DNA of 64,000 nt from Polymyxa betae A26-41 (taxonomy: Eukaryota; Protista; Endomyxa: Phytomyxea): assembly GCA_003693705.1 (NCBI GenBank), contig RBZT01000578.1:1-64000 (forward strand), in the 5' to 3' direction. The notes below the pieces were generated by a model. The model was given only the letters and a program-made list of their open reading frames with translations. It had not been told where the DNA came from and did not search any database. Positions 38,505-52,800 of the stretch are shown piece by piece. The position numbers were made by a program, and so were the translations under genes. How positions within the stretch are numbered: position 1 is the stretch's first letter; each line of letters begins with the position of its first letter.

Positions 38505-41360
38505 TCAAATGCCTTTCTGAAGTTTCTTCTGGAAGACAACTTTTCTGGCTTCAATTATGTCGTCAATTCGTTGGCAAAACTGCTTAGCGTGAAGAAATTC
38601 ATCATGAAAGGAGCCATGAAATCGGTTCCCATCAAATTTTCGTCGAGAATCTTTGCGAATTAAAGCGTTTCTTACCTGCACTTTTCTAACAAGAGTGCAA
38701 CGAATAAGATGGAGTCGGCCGACGAATGCAAAGGCGATATCTTGAAGCGCGTTCTGTATCGAGCTGCAGATCCAAACCGCTCTCATTTCATCAGAGAACA
38801 TATGGCAGCTCAGCTCATTCGACTTTTGAGCAAGAAAGTCGTTGAGGATCCGCAGCGTACGCTGCTTTATCTCTTTCAAGGATAGAAGAAGAAGCTGTCG
38901 CGATTCCAGAAGAATTGCATCCACTAGACGATCATCGGATTTGTTGCTGCTGGATTTTGTAAGCTTGGCGAGACTGGATCGGTAAAATGCCTCGAATCTA
39001 TCACTGAATTCATCTAGAGCAATTGAATTAGAAATGACAGATTGGTGTTAAATAAGTATTGAATTACCGGGAAGGGACATGAGAGATTTAGAAACACGAG
39101 CTGTGCATTGGAGCTCGATTCCACACTGTCACAAACCATTTAGTGGATCAAGCAACATCTCAGCATGAACTTACAACAATGTGAGTAGAAACTTGACGAT
39201 TAAATTCGGCATCAGACAGATCCTCCGAAGGAAACTCGAATGGGAGTGAGCGAAGAAATTCGAGGCTTGTCTCAAATAAGCCTGCGATTCTCTGTGGCAG
39301 ATCTTCATACATCCTGTTGATCCATCCGTTCCCTGAAATTACTGATAGAACCTTTGTGACGTATTCCGTTGTTGATAAAACATGCTTTAGCTTGGTGTGA
39401 AGAACACCCTGGTAGATAGCTTGTGATAAAGGTGTGTGCAGTAGCTCACAAATTACTATGAAGTTATTATCGATCGATGCTATGCCAATGTCGTGTAATG
39501 CTGTTAGCTTCCGCTCAACCTGTGCTAATGATGGTAGACGTTCGTCATTGTCATGAAGTTTCTCGAGATGCCGAACTACTGACAGCATTGACAGAAATAT
39601 ACAATCATAATCATGACGGAGGAACGAATAGATCGTCTTTTCAAGGATCTCGGTGATATGATTCTCAATGCTGGAATACAGTAGAGATGGATCACAATCT
39701 TCTGATTGAAATCTGGGATCGTCCTGCAAGTCCAATGTTAGGCAGAACAGACGCCCTTCTATCCGAAATTTTAACGCAGCTGCTTTCTTGGGAAGGAGAC
39801 TTGAACGAGTGCATGGTGAGAGCACGGCTGATAAAAACTCATCATTAAGCAACAGACGGTAAATAATGTTAAACGAACCGGATGGAGGAATATTGAGATT
39901 TGTTGCAGGATTATTAGATCGTACTTCCCCAGCAATCACATCTTCTGAACATGCAGTCATCGACGAATGACGTTCAAACTCATTGCAGCGATCGCCGTCC
40001 GCTCCGTTCGCTTGTTCATGTTGAGCAGGTTTCGTGAGCTTCCTGGGATTCTTCTTGCCAGATTTCTTGGCGCTGCTGATCGGTAGGGATGTGGCTTCAG
40101 GACCACATTCATCGCCTCTGTGTAGAACATCGTGATGATCAGAAAGAGATGGAAAGTTGACAGGATTGTTATCAGGACCAGTCAGGATAGCGTCATTGGT
40201 CACATTACGATCAGGTTCTGTTGATGTTGGATGCACTTGAGACGAATCTTCATCCTCGTTGTGGAATGACAATGTAATCTGGTTCTGATCCAGGATCAAC
40301 TCGCCTGTAGAAGACGATGTCTCCTGATTAGTTGAGCTGGAACTTTCAATTTCATTGGATTGAGCCTCGAAGGTTCCAAACATAACGAGGCTGGGAGAAT
40401 CGGTATCATCGCTTGCGTCTTTTTGAGCAATGTTTTCAAAGTCGGCAGCTGAGTTTGCGGCAGTTAATATCGCACGATCCTCTGTAATCGACGACTGACA
40501 GGAAGGTCGATTAGCAGATGATGCAACGGTCGTGTTGTGATGCTCGCTCTGCATTGTTTCCTGGAGAACGGTCCGTTTCAATACGTTGATAGGAATGGCT
40601 TCGAATTCGCTATCCTTTTCGATAGGAATGGAGCCGGAAAGTGAGCCTGGGATGCAATTTTGATATGAAGATTTTGTTGTAGCCATGTCATCTTCTGATA
40701 TCGTGAGATCGAACATGCTTTGTGGAAGCATGGTCGATTGAGGGTCTTGGACAAATACAGTTTCAGATTCGTGAACATCCTTTACAGGTGCCGGAGGAGT
40801 TAAATTCAATTTCTCATAGCAGAGCCTGGCGTTTTGCTCCAGATGGAATTGTAATCGACTTGAAAAGATATCAGAATGTTGAATCATGCGACTTCTGAGG
40901 ATCGAGCTGGTCTCAATCATGATATCTCTTATGATCTCCCCAAATATGATTGAAAGTTCATTCTGAACACCAACGTAGAGCTGTTGAGCTCGGTTGTGAT
41001 CATGACGATCACATTGAATCATGGCATCATTATACGTCTTTACAAAATCGTTCATATAATCGACATTAGCATTGAACAAACTTGTAGATTTTGATAACAA
41101 TATCTGACGAATATTGAAATAAATTTCGTGATAATTAACAGCATTCAAAAAGGCTTCGGATAAATCAATATTCCAACTGGTCCATTTGGTTCTTCTCGAC
41201 TCAATAGCATGCTGAGACCATGAGCGCATTCCATCCACCTAACAGAACCCAATGTCAGTATTCATTGATTTATAAAAATAAGGGCTTGTTTTACGGAGGC
41301 AGATTGAGAAGCGACAATGATACTGACTAGCGCTACTAATATGAAGAATGTTAGTGACAT
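38505..41360 (-). CDS. Secreted orphan family, copy 1 (signal peptide, helical N-domain, acidic/Ser linker, basic NLS-like patch, helical C-domain)
   Basis: Exon 1 (41360-41295) reads MSLTFFILVALVSIIVASQSAS. Intron 41294-41239 joins it in frame to ORF 39160-41238. Basic patch AKKSGKKNPRK; last exon is ORF 38505-38924. Clear paralogy to copies 2 and 3. Confidence 0.8.
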
Positions 41361-41917
41361 CGGAGAGCAATGTAGAAGATACTGCCTGTAGAGTTTGCAT
41401 ATACTGATCATGTAGAGTGACTTCAATCACGCAAAGTCGCAAACCGCAGATCAACTACAGTAAACTCTCCTGCAGAATTGCCATGATCTTCGTTATGACA
41501 ATTTTGCACTTTCCAGATGGAAACGGGCTTGACACATAATTCTTTCATAGTTTGTGTTGCACAGGTGTCATGGACATTCTGCCATGGATGATGTTCGTTA
41601 TAGCTTCTCAAACGCCGGCAATTCCGACTGGCTAACGCCATGCTTTGCAGGTACGGTCTCGCCTATCACTCAAACTTGTTCCTTGAAAGAATGACCTTAA
41701 CATGGTAAGTTGCCAGTTCGAAGCGAAACACTAGCGTCAGGATATCATGAACGCAGTCAATCAAAGCAAAGAGACGGGAGAAATTGGGGAAGAGCCTCGT
41801 GTGGTTAGTCACATGTAGGAGCCCATTGTACTACAACGGTAATAAGGTTTAAAAACGTAGGTCCAGCATTCGTACAGCGATGGGCAAAACAGCTGTATTG
41901 GGAGAACATTAGAGGCA

Positions 41918-44813
41918 TCAATTACTGAGATGGAAGTTGGAGATCTGATCATTAATTAAATCATTGATTTCTTTGGAAGCTTCGACGCCATAAGCGAGAT
42001 CCTCATGGAACGCCCCATGAAATGGATTAGTACCAGTGGTGTTGAAACTTTCATGTCCCCTTCGTGAAAGAGCTGTTGAGATTAGAATGTGTCTATAGCG
42101 TCTGTGGAAAGATACAGATCGAACAAATGCAGAAGCTGATTCGCAACACATATTCTGGAAAGATCTGCTCATCCAGATTAACCGCATCTGCTCCAACATG
42201 TGGTTGGCATCCGGGTTCTTGCGCTTTCGATCCAGATAATTATTGACAGTTTGGAGCAAAAGTTGGCGCAGCTGACCAAATAATCGCTTAAGCATATTGC
42301 GAGATTCTCTAAGAATCGTCTTGGCCATCCATGCGTATAAATCTCGGCCATCCCGCGTCTTCCTGGAGCTAAGAAACAAGGTTCTTTGCAGAAACAGCGC
42401 GTTATCGGGTAGACCTGCAATGATCATAAGCCGCAATTGAGACAACAATGATTATACATACTGCACATTGAGATAATTGACTTGGCCAGGCCCTCTGCTG
42501 TTTCGACTTCAGCTTCTGACTGTCGAAATCTGAGGTCTCGCTCACAAAGGAAAACGTTATAAACTTACAGCGTTAATACTGAACAGATCAGCATCGAATT
42601 CGTTGGCAGGCAGGTCTTTTGAGGGGAATTCGATTGACGACGAATGAAGCACTTGAAGTCCTGTCTTAAACGACATCTCCATTGTTTCTTGCAGATCATC
42701 AAGAACCTCCTGCATCACACCTGCTCTCTCTATAATTGCACATATATTAGTGATATACTCCTTAGTGGAAGCGATATGCATCAATTGGGTTTGCTGAACG
42801 CCTTTATAAATGGCTTGTGACAATGGCGTACGTAGCACTTTACTGATGACAGCAAAATTATCAGCTAACAAATCTCGTGCAATGTCTCGTAAGGCAGTGA
42901 GCTCACGCTCTGCCTGCGGTAATGAAGGCAGCGGCAGATGGTTAATGCTATGGAATTTGATGTGCTGTAATAGCGCCATCATCGTCAGTGAGAAATGGGT
43001 GACATCATCAGAAAGATAAGGGATAACAACGTTAAGCGTAAGATCGCTGACAAATCGCTCAATTTTGGAATACAGCAATGATGGATCACATCCTTCCACT
43101 TGAAATTCGGGTGCATCTGCCACCAGTAAAGTCAAATGAGCCAAACTTTGTTCGATTAGATCCTCTAGGGCATTTGAACTTCTGATGAGGAATTCCGACT
43201 GCGACGTAGAGGATCTATCTAAAAGAGATTATGTCAATGAAAAGACGCTGCGCGAAATGGACCAACCTTTAGGTAGATGGAACTGAGGGACTATTACATC
43301 TCGTCCTTCAATAATGTAATTTGAAAGAGACGACGAAGTACAGTCAAGATTTACTCGTTGGTCTTCAGGATGAGTATTCAGTAGATCAGAATTTGTAGCA
43401 CGATGTTGATCGGGCATCCGAAGTTCGTGGGAAGGCTCTGGGTCATTCAAATTCGCGCTCATTAAGGTGGAACTTTTTGACTTTTTGCGACGTTTTGAGC
43501 CTGCTTTTCTTTTTCTGCTTCTTTGCTTATTAATTAGTGATGCTTTCCCTTTTAAAGGTTCAGTTGTTAGCGTATTATCACAAGATTGTGACTGGGCATC
43601 TACAGGATGGTGAGCAGAACGATCACTGCATGATTTATCATCGCTTGCAATGGAGCTTTCGAGGACATGATGGGTGTCGTGTTGTTGAATAATCTCCTTA
43701 CAAGAATCGACATCATCGTTGCTAAGATAGGAAATAGGCTCAGATATATGCAGTGACCATCCGGCCAAGTCCTCAGATGCTGCCACCAAGTCATCTGAAA
43801 TGTCAGATTCTACAAAGTCTTCTGAAAGGGCTGAAACCGATACAGAAATGAATTCCGAGTTAACCGTGATCTTTTCAAGATCATCATTTTCAAGCTTTTC
43901 AAGATGCTCGAAAACATTATCTGATTTCACAGCAATCAGCATTGGGTGGTCATCTGTGGGTGAGGACGAGCATGACTCTGGAGCAGAAGACATAAAAATC
44001 GGAATCTTTTCTTGCATCAATGTTGGTTGTTGGAGCAAATTGTGTAGTTCTGCAACGTTGTCTACCGAGCTTGTTACTTCGATATTGATATAATCGGATG
44101 ATGATGTTTGGGAATCAATATTTGAGCCAGAATGAAACATTATGCCGAGGCTGAGATCCTCTCCGCTGACGTCGCTTTCATCAACTATTAAATCGACCAT
44201 ATGCTGAATGATTTCGTTTGCTTCAACACATTCGTCAGATTCAATTTCAGCTTCTCGATTGTCCATTGTGGAATGAGGTGCCAATTTCAAACGTTGATGG
44301 CAGAATTGGGCGTGCCGATGAAGATGTAATATCAATCGATTAGCAATTATGTCTGCGTCTGCGACATTCCGCTCTTTGAGGGAATCGTTTGTTCTTTCTA
44401 CCATATTCATAATAATCTTGTCAGATAAAGTATGAAATTCCTTTTGAATACCATCATAGAAATGGCACGCCTTTTGAATATCATGATGGTTATATTGGGT
44501 CACGGCGTCAGCATATGCTTGTACGAATCCATTCATATAATCAATATTAGCATTGAACAAAGTAGTAGATATAGACGTCAATATGTTGCGAATTCTGAAA
44601 TAAATATCATCAGAATTAGAAGCATCATGGAAGACACTGGATAGATCCACGTCCCAACCGGCCCCGGTCTCGGCAGCAATCGTAGACAAAGACGTGGAGG
44701 CCTTCTAGTATGTAAGCTATGTTTAACAAAAGACATTAAAGACACATTACATGAACCGTCTGAGCTGGGAACGAAAGGCTGCAAGCCAGCAGGACCATAT
44801 ATATCAGAGACAT
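41918..44813 (-). CDS. Secreted orphan family, copy 2
   Basis: Exon 1 MSLIYMVLLACSLSFPAQTVH spliced to KASTSLSTIAAETGAGWDVDL. Shares STxLFNANxDYM, CDPSLLYS, LPSLxQxERxLTALxDI, TPLSQAIYxGV and FHGxFH with copy 1. Basic patch KQRSRKRKAGSKRRKKSK. Confidence 0.8.
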
Positions 44814-46314
44814 TGAGCGATCAAAGCGACTCGGGCTCCTGAGAGCGACAAGGTGTCCAGTTCAACAAATTCGGATTTGCAGTCCTTGCGGTCGCGGATC
44901 TCAGACCGCAGAATTTAGGCAACTGCTGGGTGCGTTTTGTAAAAGCGAGGCAGGCTCTAGAAGCGCATGCATGATGACATGGTGATCGGGGGACTTCTTT
45001 CCTATCATGATCGGGACGGAATCTCGCAGTAATGCTTTGGTAGGACAACATTGGGCTTGAATCGTCGCCCGACTTTGCTGAGTGAGAGCTGAGAAATACC
45101 AACGCCTATTAACTCACTGGGAACAGAACAGGTACTAATATTTAATTCTAGTCTGTTAACTCAGCCGCTATGTACTCAGATTCGGTTTGAACAGCATGAC
45201 TTTCTATGTACAGTGAAACCGCTCAGAACCCTCAGCTAAGCGATGATTGTAGAGTGAAAAGCGACAGATATCTTATATTTATTGAGAGGTTCAATCGATT
45301 TGTCAAGTATCCAACTGGGATCAGGTTACAGCTTCGGCCTAGACAGACTTTTACAGCGGCATTGTTACCTTGGAATCTCAGGTAGCCTCGTCATGTTGGC
45401 GACCTCGGCGAAATCCGAATGAAGAATGGATCCTGCCTCTCTGAAACCAATTGAACAATGCCAAGCGTCGTCCTCTATAGATATTATCACGGTCGCATTG
45501 GGCGTGGCCATGTTTATGTTGCATCAACTTTCTACATGAAAGATTTAGACTGTATAGGAGATGGCATAGTGCTATAGGTCTCGAGTCTTATAGACCGAAC
45601 GAAGTTTATATGAGCGTTTAGGATGTTCAAGCAGGATTGGCCATATATCCAGGATGTGAGAAAATACCTGTTCTATCGTCGATTGTCGGCAACGGCTGAT
45701 TTGTCAAGCCCGAGTTGGGATACATACACCAAACACATTGCGATCAAAGCAAACCTTATAAAACTCAGAGAATTTTGTCGGCAGACGCGTTCCTTGTATC
45801 TCTAAATCATTTTACGAATGAACTGATATCAAAATGATGCAAAAGGCTCAAACACAATACAGGTCAGATTCGGTGATACAAGAATCTTTCGTATTCAAAG
45901 TTTTGGGGCCTTTTTACGTAGACGTTTGAGCTCAAAGTCATGTACAGAGTATCTGCGTCATATCTGCGTCGCGTAGGATTTCCCCGTCGAATAACACGAA
46001 ATGGTGATATATCGCCTTTTGCTTCGGAATGTTACCTGTTTTATCATCTCACTTTACAAATCTTTTTACCAAAAATTGAATGATGATGTAAGTCATCTGT
46101 GTAAGTTAAAGCTGTCATATCAACCCAATGCTCAAGCAGAGGATTCAATTAAGTCACAACTTTTATAGCGCAGGAATCAGGGGCTGTCTAGTAGTAGGAA
46201 AATGACACCGACAGCCCAAAAACATGAACGAGTCAGAAAGAAGAAACATGCACGTTGGGACTTCCATTTGTGGTAGACGCAAATCGCTATTAGGCCCTCG
46301 AAATCGTACTTGAG

Positions 46315-49081
46315 TTAGTTAAAATTTCTTTTCGTTACATCGTTACACGCCGGCCAAGCGTGCTCGAGAAGGTCCTGTCTGGATGTAGTCCTTGCAAAGA
46401 GACAAATTTTGTATTGATAGGCATCAACTAAACCATTAGGATAATTAGGGACAATATCGATAGCATTCAAAAACGCCGACATCAAGGTGCTAGAAATTTT
46501 GTTGCACATGTCTTCATAATGACAGCATTGTCACTTGCTCTAGATAGCCTCCATCTCAAATCAAAACTGATTGAAAGATTAAAAGCAGTAGATGTACACT
46601 ACACGAAGTCATATGCCAGCTAATTGGTATCGAAATACATGGAATGAAATATTCAGGAATAATAAAACAACATGTCAAGAAGAACAATCCCCTAGCGCTG
46701 GAAACCGACAAAGGTTATGGTCTTGTGCAAAGTATAGGACTGAAACGACAGTCGGAGTCTCGTTCAAATTGCACAGAACTCGGTCAGAACCAGATAGATC
46801 CGATGTTACGGATTTCAAAATGTCTGTCGACATCGTCAGTTTCGAGCAAATTCAGAGCACGGTTTATTTGACCTTTCTTATGATCGATGAGTTTCAGGAG
46901 ATCTTCTGCGACAAGTATTTCATCAGCGCCCTGAATCAGTTTAGCAACCATACAAACAGTTAGAATCAACGTACGATGTGCTGGGTTAATACACTGAAAT
47001 GAAACTCGGATTCTGGCAGGGCTTCCTGGGGCCAATCGTATGGCCAAGATGCTATTATATATTAAGGCATGATTGACGAGTGATCTTGAACGCCTCTTCG
47101 ACTTTCCTCTGTTTGTCTTCTCTCCATTTGTTTCCAGATATGATCCGCAGCATCTTCTCGATATGTTCCTTGGTGGATAAAATATGTTTCAGATTGGTTT
47201 TAACTAAACCTTTATAAACAGCCTGGGATAGCGGCGCTCGCAAGAAGTGCGAAATGATCTCGAAATCGTCTAGAAGCGATTTAAAGCCAAGATTCGTGAT
47301 CTCCTCGACTTGCTGCTGAAGCTGTAAGAGCGACGGTAGGGGTCGTTCGGATTCTTGCAGCGTCGCGACGTGATACAACAGAGCCTGAGGTGCGGTGCAT
47401 CTGGCCGTCGTCTCGTATACCAGGTGTGGGAAAACTGTTTCGTTCAGCATATCATTGATAAACTGTTCTATGGTTGTATAACGCAAGTCGGTATCGCAAC
47501 ATCAGAATTGAGTTCTGGCATATCTGCTAGTAGACACGATAGACAGTCGAGGCCTTGACGTATGTGTTTCTCAATTGCCCATGATGGTGCCGCGACGGTC
47601 AACGAAGGCAGCGACGTGGAAGTGTTCGGCGGGCGATCTTCCGGTTCAGGAACGAAATCCGAAGATGGACTTGGCTGGGTATCTTTAGCAGCATTTTCAT
47701 GGCAAGCAGCGTCTGGTTTACGTTCTGACTTCTTGGATTTGGATTTTTTGCGATTCTGTTTTGATTTATGAGGTTTCGCGATAGAGTGGTGGGTTCCGTC
47801 TCTAGTTGTGATACGCGAAGCGACATTCTCGACAGCATCTGATTCTTCGGCGGGATCGTTAAGGGAAACAACATTACCGAGCAGTGCGTCTTGCTCTTGC
47901 AGAGGGAGGGCGTCCTTGGACAATACAATTTGACTGGGAGTGGAATCGGAGTCCTCAACCTTGTCTGCTTGCAGCATAGTCTGGCAGACCGACGTATTGG
48001 CCGTGTCGTCATCATTATCGATAACAGTCGGCGTCATCAGCGACTTTGAACATGCATAGACCGAGCAGCTGGCTGTTGATGACTGTCCCGAGATGCATCC
48101 GTCGTCATCTGGCCAGCGACGGTCAACCGATGGCGCGTCCAGTCTGCGCTCAACATGGTCGACAGAGGCTGATGTAGACTGCTGATGACTGAATGAGATA
48201 GATGGAGACCTTTCTATATCATCTGGGCTTGATAATGTTACATCCAGGATATCATCATCATCATCGCTAATGATCAAGTCGAGGATGTTCTCCGCGATCT
48301 GGTCAGTCTCAGGATCGGCGCCGTCGTCGTAGGTCGGATTTTCCGGTTCGATTTCCAGACGTGGTCCCAGACGTAATGAAGAGAAATACGATTGAGCTTC
48401 TTCTAGAAGATGGGAAAGCAAACGGCCCAGGATAGCATCTATGTTTTCAACATTTCTCGCTTGAAGGATGTAACTCGTTTCGATCATCAACGACATCAAA
48501 TACTGCAGAGAGCTCATTCTGCACACCACGATAAAAGTGCTGTGATCTTTCAGTGTCGTATCCGTCGCATTGAATCAGGGCATCGTTATATGCCTGAACA
48601 AACTCCTGCATGTAATCAACACAGGTGCCGAATAATTTCGTCGATGTCGACATTAATAGGGTGTGAAAATCATGATGGTTGGCATCATTACAGAAGGCGC
48701 TGGATACATCCATATCGCAATGACCCCAGATTGTTCGTCTCAATTCCGTAACATGATGCGACCATGGTAATGAATGCTCAGCCTCAGAAACAAACTTCAC
48801 TGAAGACGTGGCAGTGACCAACTGCCGAGCGCTAACACTATCCAGGTTTTCAGCAACATTAATTGCTGTGGTGATCTGACTGATCAACACGACGAAATTC
48901 GGTCTTCTTCAGATCCGTAACCCGTAACCGCAGCTCGCAGTTGAAAATCGCAAATCAGTCTACCCATGAAAAATCGAAAGAAACGTGCGCAGTTTGGAAT
49001 AATTCTGTTACAAATATTGCAGACCATTGCTAAAAAGTGCAGAATGGAAGCCGATACCGATCCAGTAGCGATCTTTGACAT
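46315..49081 (-). pseudogene. Secreted orphan family, copy 3, with at least three frameshifts
   Basis: Homologous blocks (STKLFGTCVDYM, GVQNEL, CDTDLRYTTIE, LPSLLQ, APLSQAVYKG, WPYDWPQEALPESEF) lie in different frames, with shifts at ~48490, ~47500 and ~47065. Basic patch KPHKSKQNRKKSKSKK. Ends approximate. Confidence 0.65.
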
Positions 49082-49804
49082 TGGCACAAAGAGGCGGAGC
49101 TGTCGATGTTTTTTTCCAGACTCCTGGTCCTAAGGTAATTTAAATAACATGTTCGCGTGCAAAATGACATAAAGAGTTCCGTGGCATTTGTTGAGCCAAT
49201 CCTTCTTCGAATCATCCACATACCCTCGTCGAAACTCAAGGTCAAATAACGCTACGTGATGATCATTGAGACATAACAATTGAATAAACCATCTAGTTTC
49301 AGGTCAATAAAAATACTTCCCAGCATCATAACCAATTAATTAAATCCCGACATTTTCGAAACGGTTTGACCGCCTGACAACGACATTTGAAACACTAAAC
49401 TGCGACGGTTTTACAATTAGGCAAGTCTTCTCCATCTTCAAACAATGAGAGTCTGTCACCTTTTTAAAAGTACAAGGTGATTCAAAAAAAAGCCAAAACA
49501 TCACATTGCGGAGAACAGAGGGAATGGGTAGTTCCGGGGCTTGTTTGTGTGACTGAATCAACAATCCGTATTAAACTGATACTACATGATTGGTTAGGTA
49601 TCGCCTCAGCCGTTTTATCGTGCCGATAAAGTAAAGAAATTCGCTCTCGCCTGGTAATCAAGTCCGGGACGCTAACACAACAGTCACAAAAGAATGGAGT
49701 TCGTGCATAATACTCTATTGGACTGTTGTACGTAACTTAAATACCGACTATTTAAAAGAAGTGTCATATTATAAGGCGCGTACCGTTCATACAAACGTAT
49801 ATTA

Positions 49805-52800
49805 TTACCAAACCCCTTGATCGAGATTTCGCTGCTCATTCCATTGTTTTCGCGGGCGGCCACGTTTTCGTTTGGGTTGTATTTGTTCAGGAAGCTGCCC
49901 GATGCAAGGAAGTGCAGGGTCCACACTTAGTACCACAGGGCTCGTTTCACCAACTGACGCATTTCCCTGTGATTGTGAGAAATCAGTTATGACAACAACA
50001 GGATGCAACATGTTAGGGCGCCTACCTGTCCACAATGCGAACGATGAGAAATACGACTGTGTCTGTTGTAAACAGACATCCTAGTATATACAGGGCCCGT
50101 ATCTGTTCCGAACTTCCGCTGCATGCGACTGACAACTTGTTGCCAGTTGAAATTGGTTCTGTGCACCAAGCTTCGTAGGAAGTCGTCCTCATTCTGAGAC
50201 CATTTATGACCTGTACGACGATTTTCAGACAAAAGCAATGGAAGATTAATGTTCAGGACGTTTAGGCAAATTTGTTGGTAAGTCGTTTTCTTCTGGAGAA
50301 GGGCTTAGGACATGAATAGCGAGCTGAGTTGATTTGCCAGAGTTTTCATCCAGCCTGGAAGTAACATTTGGCAAAATTTTCTGAAGAAAATCACAGGGTC
50401 AAGATAGAATAGAACTAATTACGTCGCGTACCTGAGTAGAGATTATCTGATAATGCCTTTGAACTGATCTTGCAGAGTATTCCGAGCGCCACCGCGCCCC
50501 AAACTTCTTCTTCATGAGATTGGCCACTTCCGACCACCGGAAATTCGCTTCTTGCGCCGCTATCGCTAGAAACTCGATCTCGTCTTGCACCCACAAAGGC
50601 CTGCCACCACGACGAAAAGAGTTCGGAATGGTCTCTGGGTACAATTTTACTGATTCAGTAACATCTTTGTCCGGTTCACTCTCGCTATCTTCAGAGCTTC
50701 CCTATCCAAAGCTTGATATGGACTCGCAGTAGAGCGACGAAACTTCGTTGCTTACCTCACCAACTGGAGCGCCGCTGGGCACATTAGTTGGTCGGCGTTG
50801 AAGCTTCGCCAAAGAGAATTCTTTGGGAAATTCTCTCGCAAACTTGTTCGTAACCGATCCCGCTGAATATGCAGGACGTCTTTCGGTCCCGAATTTCTTG
50901 AACATGAGTTCAGCAACCTTATGCCAATTAAAGTTTGCATTGCGCGTCGCCGTCCGTAGGAAATCGATCTCATCCTGTAGCCAGAGAACCGACTGACGCG
51001 AATACGGCGTCGGCGTCGATGTGTACTGGAACGTTCGACAATGTCTTTGTCGGGATCACTCTTGATATCCCTAGAGTGATGCTCGGCCACTCCAACGGAT
51101 GCTTGAGATTGGGTCCGACCGCAGTAGCCTGATTTTGTTGTCTTGCTATCTTCAACAATGCGATAATGTTTTCTATAAACTGATCTGGATGTATAGCTTG
51201 AACGGAACTGCGTTCCGAATTTCCTTGTCATGAGATTAGCAACTTTATGCCAGCTCCAATTTACTTTTGGAGCCGATTTCAGTAAGAAGTCAATTTCCTT
51301 TTGAGTCCATTTCTGGCAGATGATCTGGGAAGGCGATTGAGCGACCTCGACAACAACTGCGCCGGATTCATTCTCGGTATCTTCAAGATAGGAGTCGTTG
51401 ATTCTAAGAACGCATCATCCTATATGAGAATTTAAGCACGACATCACTGGCGTCATAATGAAATGTGTTCGCATGCCTGTTCGAAATTACTACTCGATTG
51501 CCGAGTCCTTACTCTCGATGCGTCATAATTTGGACATTTACGTTTGTATGCGGTCAAAACTCCCTGCGCCGTCCTGTTCGTTCCAAATCGCTTGTTAAGG
51601 AGTTTTGCAACTCTTTCCCAGTCGCAATTAGTCTTGCCAGCTTCCATACGCAGGAAATCGATCGCTTCGTTCGACCATGAAGCCCTTCGTCGTCGGCCCT
51701 CTGGTGCAAGTGACCTCGGCACGTTATTCTCTGAATCTTCAAGACTGGAGTCTCCTATTTCCGATGATTTCTTTGTCTACAAAGAAATTAAAAACGACAT
51801 CAATGCCGACATGAGATTTCCAAATTTACCTGCTTGAAGTTCCTAATCGGCCGACTCGATGTGCCATCTCCATGGCAATGGCGGTAGTATGCAGCCATAA
51901 CGGCGCCAGTCGACTTTTTTAATCCAAATCGCTTAGTGACGAGATCAGCAACCTTATCCCAGTCCAATTTAGTGTTCCGAGCTGCTGTATGCAGGAATTC
52001 GATGGCTTCTTTCGACCATGAACGTCTTCGTCGAACTTCCGCTAAGAGTGACATCGGCACGCCTTCTTTAGAAAACGTTTGTACATATTTTGAACTAACT
52101 GATCTTGCCGTATATTGCTGTCGTTTTTCGGACCCAAATCTCTTGGACATGAGATTAGCAACTACGGACCATTTGAATTGGACACTTCGTGCCGAGATTC
52201 GCAAGAACTCGACTTCTTCCTGGTCCCATAAAGGACCAAATAAAGAGCCACGTGAAACTGCTCTAGAACAAGGCTTATCAGGTTCGGTAGTGTTATCGTT
52301 TGGTTCGCTCTGAGTATGCTCTGAGCTGGATGCCACCATGGTATCTGATGCTTCGGACCGATTTCGAATAAAGCCACGCGATGTTGCTGGAGCATCATCT
52401 TCAACGATACTGCAGTATTGCGATTCAACCGCCCGGGCCGTATATTTTACCTGTTGATCCAGCATGAAGTTCATGTTCATGAGATCGGCGATTTTTTGCC
52501 AATCCCTGTTCGTTTTCTGAGCTGAATCGAGCAGGAAATCAATCTCATCTTGGGACCAGCGGCTTTGTTTTAAAAATTGGCGCGGAGACCGCCAAGCAAA
52601 GACGTCGACGGCATCATTGAGAACGATCTCGTTGAAGTTTGGACCAGAATCGGCCGTCGCGGCGGAAATTTGACCGCGGGCGTAAACGGGCCGTCCTTGA
52701 CGCTGACCCGCCCGGGACAGGGCTGATTCTTGTTTAATGAGCAGAGAGTAATCAGGCTCGACCACAACGAAAGGACCTATTATGAAGCAGTTACAAACTG

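Noticed and set aside
45500-46170. Protein-like plus-strand fragments between orphan copies 2 and 3
   Set aside because: Multiple stops, no recognisable family and no consistent splice model; at most a gene remnant.
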